Shown piece by piece: positions 1 through 7,584 of a stretch of DNA of 64,000 bases (within the stretch, counting starts at the first letter, position 1; the number at the start of each line of letters is the position of its first letter). The DNA is taken from NCBI GenBank assembly GCA_018883785.1, contig JAHLFO010000040.1:1121-65120 (forward strand), in the 5' to 3' direction. Under the pieces are notes generated by a model. It was not told the DNA's origin. It saw only the letters and a program-made list of their open reading frames with translations, and searched no databases. The stretch comes from Candidatus Bacteroides intestinipullorum. Its GTDB lineage: Bacteria; Bacteroidota; Bacteroidia; Bacteroidales; Bacteroidaceae. Made by a program: the position numbers and the translations under genes.

Positions 1-132
1 GATACCATTCTTGCCTTTCATATTTTTAGAAAAGCACAAGATCTTACATTCTTCTTTAATGACTTGAGGTATATCATTACTATATGCAGCTAAAAACTCA
101 TGATATAACTCTGCCTCTCTGATATCATTCAT
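1..132 (-). CDS. Partial hypothetical protein (runs off the window), downstream of the repressor
   Basis: ATG at 132 opens a 44-codon frame (MNDIREAELYHEFLAAYS...) with no stop before base 1; AT-rich. Confidence 0.5.
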   Translation of the reverse strand, partial: MNDIREAELYHEFLAAYSNDIPQVIKEECKILCFSKNMKGKNGI

Positions 133-284
133 ACTTACTAAATTACATGCTTTCAAACAGTTATTAGATAAAATAAGAGATAGTTTATCTACACTAGTAA
201 AATGAAAAAAGAGCTTGGCATGTTGCTGTGGTAAATCGTTAGAAAGAAAATTTGTATATTGTAAACCTATTCCTTCCATAACTA

Positions 285-632
285 TTACTTATTTAATATC
301 TCAACATTATTATCACCAAACATAAACCGGAATACTTGCTCTTTTTTTTCGGCTCCGAGTTCAATACTAAGCACAGCTTTTACTTCTTGTTTTTGCTTGT
401 AATCTCCCAGATTACACATTTCATCCGATTTATAGAGATCGAAAAAATTACAATTAAGCACTTCGCTTATCTTACAAAGCAAATCAGTGTCAAGACTATG
501 TTTCTGAAAAACGGTCTTTTCTATATTTTGCCGAGCAATTCCCAATAACTCAGCGAATTTGGCCTTTGACATACCACTTTCTTCTACCTTTTTTCGAACT
601 TCTTGTCCGATGTCTAATCTATTGATTTTCAT
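285..632 (-). CDS. XRE-family HTH repressor (CI-like)
   Basis: IGQEVRKKVEESGMSKAKFAELLGIARQNI...LLCKISEVLNCNFF is a typical HTH_XRE; divergent from a Cro-like gene. Confidence 0.85.
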   Translation of the reverse strand: MKINRLDIGQEVRKKVEESGMSKAKFAELLGIARQNIEKTVFQKHSLDTDLLCKISEVLNCNFFDLYKSDEMCNLGDYKQKQEVKAVLSIELGAEKKEQVFRFMFGDNNVEILNK

Positions 633-672
633 ATTATAAAGTTATTAAATTGGTTTTATTAATTAGAAGCTG

Positions 673-750
673 TATGTAATACTAACAGTGTTAACAAATA
701 ATAAATATGTAATCTTATAGTATTACATGTAATATAAATGATTACCTTTG
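673..750 (+). promoter_or_regulatory. Rightward early promoter (-7 box TACCTTTG 743-750) overlapped by TGTAAT-N7/8-ATTAC(A/C) operator-like palindromes
   Basis: TGTAAT 708-713/ATTACA 722-727; TGTAAT 728-733/ATTACC 741-746; half-site near 675; same palindrome at 398-416. Confidence 0.7.
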
Positions 751-811
751 CACCATAAAGTTAGCAATAAACTTTAATCATCCCTAAATAACGAAGTAAA
801 ATAAAGTAATA

Positions 812-1048
812 ATGAATAAGAAAGACAATACGATGTACAACCTGATGAATAACCTGAAAGCCCTGCGCCCATTACTTCCGCAAGGATACATCAAGACCAT
901 TGCAGCAAAGACTGGAGACTGCGAGGCAACTGTCAGCAATGCCCTACAAGGAAGGTCGCGCCGCTACGACATCATCAACTGCGCTATAGAACTGGCTTTA
1001 GAGAACAAAGCCATATTGGAAAAGTTGGACAAAGTGGTCAATGCATAG
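812..1048 (+). CDS. Cro-like HTH protein
   Basis: LPQGYIKTIAAKTGDCEATVSNALQG HTH; first gene of the divergent early operon. Confidence 0.7.
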   Translation: MNKKDNTMYNLMNNLKALRPLLPQGYIKTIAAKTGDCEATVSNALQGRSRRYDIINCAIELALENKAILEKLDKVVNA

Positions 1049-1067
1049 AATTGTAAACTAAGGAAAC

Positions 1068-1298
1068 ATGAAAAAGAAAAGATACATATTCAACGAAAAC
1101 GGGTGGAAGCTAAAACGGGTGGACATCATACAATATAGACCGTGGGAATCTTCGGCTATGATCATCGACGTACGCAAACTCATGGAGATGACAGATGAGG
1201 AATTACTAAGGTATAAAGCTGTCGGCCCGGTATCGCTTAAGAAAATCAATGAAGCAAGAAAAGTATTGAAGGAATTATTGTTTGAAACAACCAGTTAA
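1068..1298 (+). CDS. RNA polymerase alpha-CTD-like helix-hairpin-helix protein
   Basis: IIDVRKLMEMTDEELLRYKAVGPVSLKKINEA resembles the alpha-CTD pattern (I.T..DL...SE.ELL...N.G.KSL.EI). Confidence 0.55.
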   Translation: MKKKRYIFNENGWKLKRVDIIQYRPWESSAMIIDVRKLMEMTDEELLRYKAVGPVSLKKINEARKVLKELLFETTS

Positions 1299-1311
1299 AT
1301 TATTAAGAATT

Positions 1312-1686
1312 ATGAATGAAGGATTCGTTGTTGCAATGTTTGTACTTTGCATTGGCTGTTTATTTGGTAGCGCTTTATTTGGATTTACTGCTTCGGGTGG
1401 AGACAAGATTGCAGCCAAAATAAGTGGGGCACTTTTTTTCTTGTCAGTACTATTCGTAGGATTAGGAGTTTTTGGTGCACTTCGTGTTTCTAAGCAACCT
1501 GTCTATGAATTCAGAGTCAATGCGCATTTCATTGATGGATTTAGCCGAGTGTACACTGTGACAAGTAAAAATAATCCGCACATTGAATCTTATAAAGGCA
1601 CATATTGGCTGGATACTAACGAAGGAAGAATATTGGGCGTTATAAGATGCGATGTATTAAGCAAGAAAGAAGTAAAGTTTCAATGA
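1312..1686 (+). CDS. Membrane protein, two N-terminal TM helices plus a small beta domain
   Basis: Two hydrophobic segments; ATG at 1312 after an AT-rich leader. Confidence 0.7.
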   Translation: MNEGFVVAMFVLCIGCLFGSALFGFTASGGDKIAAKISGALFFLSVLFVGLGVFGALRVSKQPVYEFRVNAHFIDGFSRVYTVTSKNNPHIESYKGTYWLDTNEGRILGVIRCDVLSKKEVKFQ

Positions 1687-1741
1687 GGCGAGAGAAGCGT
1701 TAAAGAAATTATTGTTTGAAATTAAATACGGAGGAACAAAT

Positions 1742-1945
1742 ATGGAAATTCTACTTATAACATTAAGCTCATGTATCATTGTTCTGGCAGTGTCAGTTTC
1801 TTATTTCCTGTTTTATTCATCAAAAGTAATGAAAGCGATTGTGAAATACTGCGACACAAAGAGCAATGAAGTCTTAGTAAAGATTGTCGAGTTCTATAAA
1901 GAGATAATTGACGTATATGATCCACGGAAGATCGTAAACAGTTAA
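1742..1945 (+). CDS. Small single-TM hypothetical protein
   Basis: MEILLITLSSCIIVLAVSVSYFLFY hydrophobic N-terminus. Confidence 0.6.
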   Translation: MEILLITLSSCIIVLAVSVSYFLFYSSKVMKAIVKYCDTKSNEVLVKIVEFYKEIIDVYDPRKIVNS

Positions 1946-2124
1946 AAAATATAGGTATGGAATCTTCAAAAGAAAACAGATACCCGCAAACAGACCGCGA
2001 GATACGCATCTACTTGCTTGAATTTCGATGATTATCAATCGAAATTCAAGCCGGAACAACTGAATTTATTCTTAAACCATATATACAATATGGATTTGGA
2101 CAGAGTCATGAACGAATAAAACGT

Positions 2125-2451
2125 ATGAACATGGAAGCAACGACACCAGAATGCCAGTCCATCGAAGAGCAGGCCGCGAAGAAGGAATTCATCTTCATCA
2201 ATGGGAAACCTTGGCCATGGAACTGCTACTTGTGGAAAGGAAGGGAAGAAAGAAGGCTTCCCCTCCGCATGTACCCGAAGGAACTCTACCTCTACATCAG
2301 ATACGAACTGTGTAGGGCGTTCCAGTCAGTTCGCAATTCTCTATCCGTGTGGCTTCGCTCGCTACGATGTTCTGGATACAACTCCTCCAATAATCACAGC
2401 AGCAAGACGGATGAGCCTTCAAACAAGGACGATAATTGGGACCAAGGGTGA
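2125..2451 (+). CDS. Hypothetical protein (uncertain; 3' half overlaps an antisense ORF)
   Basis: ORF with AT-rich leader; C-terminus is low-complexity where it overlaps 2297..2536(-). Confidence 0.35.
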   Translation: MNMEATTPECQSIEEQAAKKEFIFINGKPWPWNCYLWKGREERRLPLRMYPKELYLYIRYELCRAFQSVRNSLSVWLRSLRCSGYNSSNNHSSKTDEPSNKDDNWDQG

Positions 2452-2536
2452 TGGTAAACTTTGTGCGCTTGTGGCACACCGGACATTCCAAGGAGCTTAG
2501 GTACTCCTCAAGTTTTTGGGCATTAATGCTATTCAT
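2297..2536 (-). CDS. Cys-rich small protein (CPVC...CCC), antisense moron
   Basis: Preceded by minus-strand -7 box TATCTTTG (2565-2572) and an A-rich leader that is duplicated in front of 3042..3275. Confidence 0.65.
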   Translation of the reverse strand: MNSINAQKLEEYLSSLECPVCHKRTKFTITLGPNYRPCLKAHPSCCCDYWRSCIQNIVASEATRIENCELTGTPYTVRI

Positions 2537-2539
2537 ATC

Positions 2540-2625
2540 GCTATCATTTTTTGGTTAGACACCACAAAGATAGCGAAATCCCGCCGAAAAGGCGTGAAGC
2601 TGCTGGACCGAATCCGCCGGCGGGA
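2540..2625. repeat. Copy 1 of a duplicated promoter/leader plus tRNA-like stem element
   Basis: 2540-2583 is identical (44 nt) to 3279-3322; stem TCCCGCCG (2579-2586)/CGGCGGGA (2618-2625). Confidence 0.9.
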
Positions 2626-2656
2626 ACAATAGATAAACAATTAAAAAACTAAATGT

Positions 2657-3082
2657 ATGAAACTGATTATAGAAATAGGACAAAAGGGAATTAATGGAGT
2701 TATGGATTACTCCTATTCAGTGGCAATAAAACAAATATCGCCAGAGGCTATAGACTTCAATTTCACTACTGACGGAATCATTAGAGATTATTCTTTCATC
2801 AGAAGAAAGGTAATAGAAACAGTTTTAGAATTAAATAAAGTAAATATTACATCCGAATATTTTCAAAAACCATTGGGTGAATACGAAGACTATTGGTACT
2901 TGCGTGAAGGAGATTTCCGGCCGGAGCCAGTTAAAGGCATTTTCAATGGGAACGGTTGCTGCAAAAAATTCATAGAAGAAATGAAAGACCTTGGCAACCT
3001 GTTCCCGACAAGAGAAGAAGCCGCCAAGGCATCAGATGACATTAGAGCTTATCTCCGTTCAAAATACGGAAAGCATCCCTGA
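2657..3082 (+). CDS. Hypothetical phage protein
   Basis: 141-aa ORF ending in the GNLFPTREEAAKA motif common in small phage proteins. Confidence 0.75.
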   Translation: MKLIIEIGQKGINGVMDYSYSVAIKQISPEAIDFNFTTDGIIRDYSFIRRKVIETVLELNKVNITSEYFQKPLGEYEDYWYLREGDFRPEPVKGIFNGNGCCKKFIEEMKDLGNLFPTREEAAKASDDIRAYLRSKYGKHP

Positions 3083-3275
3083 GCCATTCATAACCGGTCT
3101 GGTACTCACTAATCATATCGGAAGAGATTCCTTTTTGCTCCATCGCTTCAATGTCGATAAAATGCCTGTTCTTGATACATTCCAGCGCATAAAGGATGAA
3201 TCTCTGCTTGTCCAAAGGATGAGTACTATCCGGGAAAGCGTTCAGAAACTGATTTAAAAGTTCTTTTTCATTCAT
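3042..3275 (-). CDS. Hypothetical helical protein (HPLD..RF motif), antisense moron
   Basis: Minus-strand TATCTTTG at 3304-3311 and the same leader as 2297..2536. Confidence 0.7.
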   Translation of the reverse strand: MNEKELLNQFLNAFPDSTHPLDKQRFILYALECIKNRHFIDIEAMEQKGISSDMISEYQTGYEWLRDAFRILNGDKL

Positions 3276-3278
3276 AAG

Positions 3279-3362
3279 GCTATCATTTTTTGGTTAGACA
3301 CCACAAAGATAGCGAAATCCCGGAGAAAAGCGTGAGCGGCTGAATCGAATCGGCCTCCGGGA
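3279..3362. repeat. Copy 2 of the duplicated promoter/leader plus tRNA-like stem element
   Basis: 44-nt identity to copy 1; stem TCCCGGAG (3318-3325)/CTCCGGGA (3355-3362) with compensatory changes. Confidence 0.9.
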
Positions 3363-3390
3363 ACCAATATAAACTTAAAAACGAAACGAT

Positions 3391-3558
3391 ATGAAACTCT
3401 ACATCTACCCCATCGTCAGCATCGTGATGCTCATCGCCAGCCGGCTGATTTCACATTATGTCCCGTACGAAGCATGGAGCATCGCACTGTATGTGCTGGG
3501 ATTCATTCCGTTGGGAATATATGCCTGGAAGTGTGACAAACAGACTAATAAAAGATAA
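3391..3558 (+). CDS. 55-aa two-TM membrane protein (not in the ORF track)
   Basis: Read manually: MKLYIYPIVSIVMLIASRLISHYVPYEAWSIALYVLGFIPLGIYAWKCDKQTNKR*. Confidence 0.65.
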   Translation: MKLYIYPIVSIVMLIASRLISHYVPYEAWSIALYVLGFIPLGIYAWKCDKQTNKR

Positions 3559-3562
3559 CGAT

Positions 3563-3832
3563 ATGATGCAGATACAATTCGCAGACAAGATGGTGACCTA
3601 CGAGACATTCGTCAACGACATAGCTGCACGGCTAGTCACCATGATGAAGCGAGAGGCCACGATGCCGGAATACCTGTCCCAGCGAAAGGCTTTCGAGATA
3701 TTCGGACAAGGAAACGTCCTCCGTTGGCGTAAACAAGGGAAAATAGAACCGCGCAAACGTCCCGGAAAGATAGAATATGAAACAGCCCGTCTGATTGAGC
3801 TGAAAGAGACAATACAAGACTACTTCGAGTAG
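3563..3832 (+). CDS. Excisionase/HTH_17-like DNA-binding protein
   Basis: YLSQRKAFEIFGQGNVLRWRKQGKIEP winged-HTH pattern. Confidence 0.6.
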   Translation: MMQIQFADKMVTYETFVNDIAARLVTMMKREATMPEYLSQRKAFEIFGQGNVLRWRKQGKIEPRKRPGKIEYETARLIELKETIQDYFE

Positions 3833-3842
3833 ACCCCCACCC

Positions 3843-3984
3843 TTCCCCTTAGCTCAGCGGACAGAGCACGCGACAACCATCATGCTTGATTGGATTAGTT
3901 AGTCATAACTGATATAGATAGGTAAAAAGATGTTTTTAGGAATAACAAAGTCGCGGGACGGAAGTTCGAATCTTCCAGGGGAAA
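3843..3984 (+). ncRNA. tRNA-like RNA with a 75-nt insert replacing the anticodon loop
   Basis: Acceptor TTCCCCT/AGGGGAA, D arm GCTC-AGCGGACA-GAGC, stem CGCGAC/GTCGCG enclosing 3875-3949, T arm GGAAG-TTCGAAT-CTTCC. Confidence 0.8.
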
Positions 3985-4011
3985 CCCTTAATCGTTCTTT
4001 GACATATTGAG

Positions 4012-4155
4012 AGTCCGAATGACTGGCAATCAGAAGGACTATAAACTGGGATTCCCCCTTTACCGAAGAGCGAAACGAAGTACCGACGAAGTAGCTGAAG
4101 GGGCATGTGAAAAGAGACCGGACAAAGGAGCGAAACACACCGGTCAAATCACATG
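4012..4155 (+). ncRNA. Putative structured RNA: tandem hairpins sharing loop motif GAGCGAAAC
   Basis: CCCCTT/AAGGGG (4055-4103) and CATGTGA..GACCGG/CCGGTC..TCACATG (4104-4155); GAGCGAAAC at 4068-4076 and 4128-4136. Confidence 0.5.
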
Positions 4156-4503
4156 TAAAAAAATGACTTATATTATTCCGAGTGAGCGTAGGCCGCTTAT
4201 AAACACACCTTAACTGGATGGCACTTGTCCTAATATACAACCCTGCCCGGCCACGAGCCTGCCCTTTGATGCGGAGGCGGGGAACAAACCCTAACCATGT
4301 TTTAATCATATATATTTTGTGTTTAACATGTTAACTGTCCCGCCCGGTCCGTGAGGATAGGACGGTTCCACCATTCCGAGACAAATCTTTGCTTGGCTCC
4401 ATGGTTTGAGAAAGGGCCGGCCCCACGGGTTGGGGCTGACCCTCAAACCTGGAACAAACAAGGGAACATATAAATATAGTGTATCACTTAAACTCAAACC
4501 ATT

Positions 4504-5460
4504 ATGAGCAACATTCAACTGACCGTCGACACGCTGAACCAGTTGCAGCCTGCCGACATCCTGACCTACGAACCGGTCAAGGAGAAATTCATCCAAATCT
4601 GGGACACCCTTTGGGGCGAAGGAACAGGCGAAGCAGCCTACGAGCGCGAACTGAATCACTTCACCCATTGGCTGAAGGACAACGCGCAGACCGCCGCCAA
4701 GGCCACGCGCTTCTCCATCTTCACCACCTTCATCGACTTGGCCGTCTGCGGCCTGTCCGTCGAGCCGGGAGTACGCGCCCTCTGCTACCTGCAAGGCCGG
4801 AACATCACCGTCGGGAAGGATGCCCAGGGGAAGAACACGTACGAACCTCGCCTCACGCTCACCATTTCCGGCTATGGCGAACTGGTGCTGCGTGCACGGG
4901 CCGGGCAGATAAAGTATGCCGACAACCCCGTCATAGTCTATGAGGAAGACAGCTTCTCCTTCTCGGACAACGACGGGCGCAAATCCGTGAAGTACACCTG
5001 CAACCTCCCGCACAAGAGCCGGCACATCGTCGCCTGCTTCATGAAGATTGTCCGCACGGACAACTCCGTGGACTACGCCGTGATGTTCGAAGAAGACTGG
5101 ACGCGCCTTTCCGAATACTCCGCCAAGCAGAACAGGAAGTGGGACGACCAGAACCGCCGCTGGGTGAAAGGCAACCCCAACGAACTCTATTCCTCGCAGA
5201 ACGGAGGGATCGACCCCGCTTTCCTAATGGCCAAGTGCATCAAGCACGCCTTCAAGACCTACCCCAAAGTACGCATCGGCAAGGCCACGCAGATGGAGAC
5301 CGACACGGTGGATGTGCCGCAAGAGGACTTCTACGGCGTGGAAGAGACGGTAGATGCCCCGCAGCCCGGAAAGTCGCAGGACTTCTGCCCGCCGCGTGAC
5401 GATGCCCAAGGCATCACCGTCGACCCCGCACAGTCTGAAGACAGCGACGAACCCTGGTAA
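4504..5460 (+). CDS. recT: RecT/Redbeta-family single-strand annealing protein
   Basis: DLAVCGLS...CYL...LTISGYGELVLRARAGQI...VYEED...LMAKCIKHAFKTYPK; acidic tail; near a PD-(D/E)XK exonuclease. Confidence 0.85.
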   Translation: MSNIQLTVDTLNQLQPADILTYEPVKEKFIQIWDTLWGEGTGEAAYERELNHFTHWLKDNAQTAAKATRFSIFTTFIDLAVCGLSVEPGVRALCYLQGRNITVGKDAQGKNTYEPRLTLTISGYGELVLRARAGQIKYADNPVIVYEEDSFSFSDNDGRKSVKYTCNLPHKSRHIVACFMKIVRTDNSVDYAVMFEEDWTRLSEYSAKQNRKWDDQNRRWVKGNPNELYSSQNGGIDPAFLMAKCIKHAFKTYPKVRIGKATQMETDTVDVPQEDFYGVEETVDAPQPGKSQDFCPPRDDAQGITVDPAQSEDSDEPW

Positions 5461-5505
5461 TTCATCATCCCTCATTCCTCATTCTTAATTCTTCATTTAA
5501 TAGTT

Positions 5506-6705
5506 ATGAGCAACGAACTTATCCTACGCGAAGACAACATACGCCTGGTGATGTCACAAGCCCCGCAGGCATGGCGTGACAACCAGCAGAGCCACGACCG
5601 CTGCCTCGCCTCTTGCCAAACCTTGCTGGACACCATAGAGGCCGAAGGCATGAACGACGAACTCGACCAGAAGGCGGACACCTACATCCGCAAGAGCCGC
5701 AACACGGTGAAGAAGATGAACGAGCAGCGCAGTGCCGTCACCAAGCTGTTCGACGAGATACGCACCGTCTTCACCACACTGGAGAACGAAGTGGACCCCA
5801 CGAAGAAAGGAAGCATACCCTATCAGTTGCAGGACTACCGCAACGCCTACGCCGCCCGGAAGCAGCGTGAGGCTGAGGAACGCCGACGCGCCGAGGAGCA
5901 ACGCCAACGCCGCGAGCTGGCACGCTCTTCCTACCTCCGGGACGTGGAGGCCGATTACCGCCAGACGTTCAACCGGCACCTCACACAGCGGTACAACGAG
6001 CTGGCTGCGCTCAACCAGGAGATTACCCTACAAAACTTTGAGGAGCAAGAGCGCAAGATACGAGCCATCCCCCTGGACCTGCCCGACGACTACGCATCTA
6101 CCCTCTACTCCGGCGTGCGCATCCCGGCAGAGATGGACAGCACAGAGGCCGCGGGAATCCGCCGGCAGGTGCTCGAAGGATTGATTCCGCAGTTCCGCGA
6201 GCAGTACAACTTCGAGATGCAGTCCAATGTGGAAAGCGTCCTCACCCTACTGCCCAGCAAACGGAAGGAGCTGGAGGCCATCGCACAGGCATCCGCCGAA
6301 GAAGCCGCGAAGAGAGCGGAAGAGCTGAAACGCCGCGAGGCCGAGGAAGCCGCCCGCCGCGAACAGGAACGCATCCGCCGCGAGCAGGAAGAGCGCGAAC
6401 GCCAGCAGGTGCAGAAGCAGCAAGCAGAAATGGCCGGACTGTTCGAGCAGGCCAAAGCCGCCGCCCCTGTCTACCAGCCCAAGGCACAGGTGAAGAAGCG
6501 CATCGTGGTCAACGACCCGCGCGGATTCCTCGACATCCTCAACCTCTGGTGGACAACGGAAGGCGTCACCCTCAGCGTGGAGGAACTGACGAAGAAATTC
6601 AAGTCGCAGCTCACCATCTGCGAACGCCTGGCCAACGACAAGCAAGACCCGCGTTTCATCCAGTCTGCCTATATCACGTATGAGGACGAAGTAAAAGCGA
6701 AGTAA
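5506..6705 (+). CDS. Coiled-coil phage protein of the recombination module
   Basis: 399-aa ORF with E/R/Q-rich heptads, between recT and the exonuclease. Confidence 0.85.
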   Translation: MSNELILREDNIRLVMSQAPQAWRDNQQSHDRCLASCQTLLDTIEAEGMNDELDQKADTYIRKSRNTVKKMNEQRSAVTKLFDEIRTVFTTLENEVDPTKKGSIPYQLQDYRNAYAARKQREAEERRRAEEQRQRRELARSSYLRDVEADYRQTFNRHLTQRYNELAALNQEITLQNFEEQERKIRAIPLDLPDDYASTLYSGVRIPAEMDSTEAAGIRRQVLEGLIPQFREQYNFEMQSNVESVLTLLPSKRKELEAIAQASAEEAAKRAEELKRREAEEAARREQERIRREQEERERQQVQKQQAEMAGLFEQAKAAAPVYQPKAQVKKRIVVNDPRGFLDILNLWWTTEGVTLSVEELTKKFKSQLTICERLANDKQDPRFIQSAYITYEDEVKAK

Positions 6706-6739
6706 ATTAAGAACTAATAATGAAGAATTCTTCATTAAA

Positions 6740-7396
6740 ATGGATGCCTATTACAACCGCACCGAAGTCTCCAACAGCGACCTCACCGAACTGAAGAACC
6801 TGCTGCACCCGCACATCCAATACGGCGACCGTGAGCAGGCCTTCCGGTTCGGATCGCTGGTAGATGCCATCATCACCGAACCCGACCGCGTCAACTACTT
6901 CCGGCGGACGGTGGACGATGTTCTCTATACGGACGAAGAATTTGACCACGCCCGCGAGATGAACCGGTCCCTGCGCATGGAAGCCCGTCACGACGCTTTC
7001 CTGAAGACCGTGCTGGAGCAGGCCGAGACGCAACGCTTCATGGTGAACGGCAGGCAGGACTTCGAGTATGGCGGATTCGCCTTCACGCTGCCCACCCGTT
7101 GCAAATGGGACTGGTGGATGCCCTTCGCCGGATTCGGCGGAGACCTCAAGACCACGTTCGCCGCCTCGCAGCGGGAGTTTGAGGAAGCCATCGACTTCTT
7201 CGACTGGGACCGCAGCCGCGCCTGGTACATGGACATCGCCGGGAGCAACCGCGACTTCATCTACGCCATCAGCAAGAAGAACTGCCTGGTGTTCAAGCAC
7301 TTCATCAACCGGGGCGACGGCACCTACCGCCACGGACGCGAGAAGTACGAGGAACTGGCCTTCCAGTATTGGCTTTTTAATTTGAATGGAATATGA
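6740..7396 (+). CDS. RecE/exonuclease VIII-like PD-(D/E)XK nuclease (DUF3799-like)
   Basis: YY.R..VSNSDL...FGSLVDAII.EP...RCKWD...DLKTT...AWY pattern. Confidence 0.8.
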   Translation: MDAYYNRTEVSNSDLTELKNLLHPHIQYGDREQAFRFGSLVDAIITEPDRVNYFRRTVDDVLYTDEEFDHAREMNRSLRMEARHDAFLKTVLEQAETQRFMVNGRQDFEYGGFAFTLPTRCKWDWWMPFAGFGGDLKTTFAASQREFEEAIDFFDWDRSRAWYMDIAGSNRDFIYAISKKNCLVFKHFINRGDGTYRHGREKYEELAFQYWLFNLNGI

Positions 7397-7584
7397 AAAA
7401 AGGAGAATACAGCTACCACCCCTACGGTCGGCACTTCCGCATCTACGTCTGCATCTACGCCGACAGTCGCACCACGACGTCCGACCCCGTGCCCGGCGAG
7501 CCATTCTACACCGACCGCGAGGAAGCCAGAAAGAGAGTGTACGAACTGAACGGATGGAACTACAAACAAAGACACCCCCGATGA
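7393..7584 (+). CDS. Hypothetical protein
   Basis: 63-aa ORF translationally coupled on both sides (ATGA overlaps). Confidence 0.7.
   Translation: MKKGEYSYHPYGRHFRIYVCIYADSRTTTSDPVPGEPFYTDREEARKRVYELNGWNYKQRHPR

Noticed and set aside
2540-3362. CRISPR array or invertible promoter
   Set aside because: Only two direct copies ~740 bp apart; no cas genes; the -7 box lies outside the inverted repeats
3875-3949. Group I intron or tmRNA
   Set aside because: 75 nt is far too short for a self-splicing intron; a full D arm is present, and no tag reading frame or pseudoknots are evident
4060-4140. Hammerhead ribozyme (CCGAAGAG CGAAAC resembles CUGANGA...GAAA)
   Set aside because: U4 is replaced and there is no room for stem II; kept only as a repeated loop motif
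4007-4309. ORFs 4007..4213 (+) and 3899..4309 (-)
   Set aside because: Non-ATG or weak starts and atypical composition; the region is better explained by RNA structures
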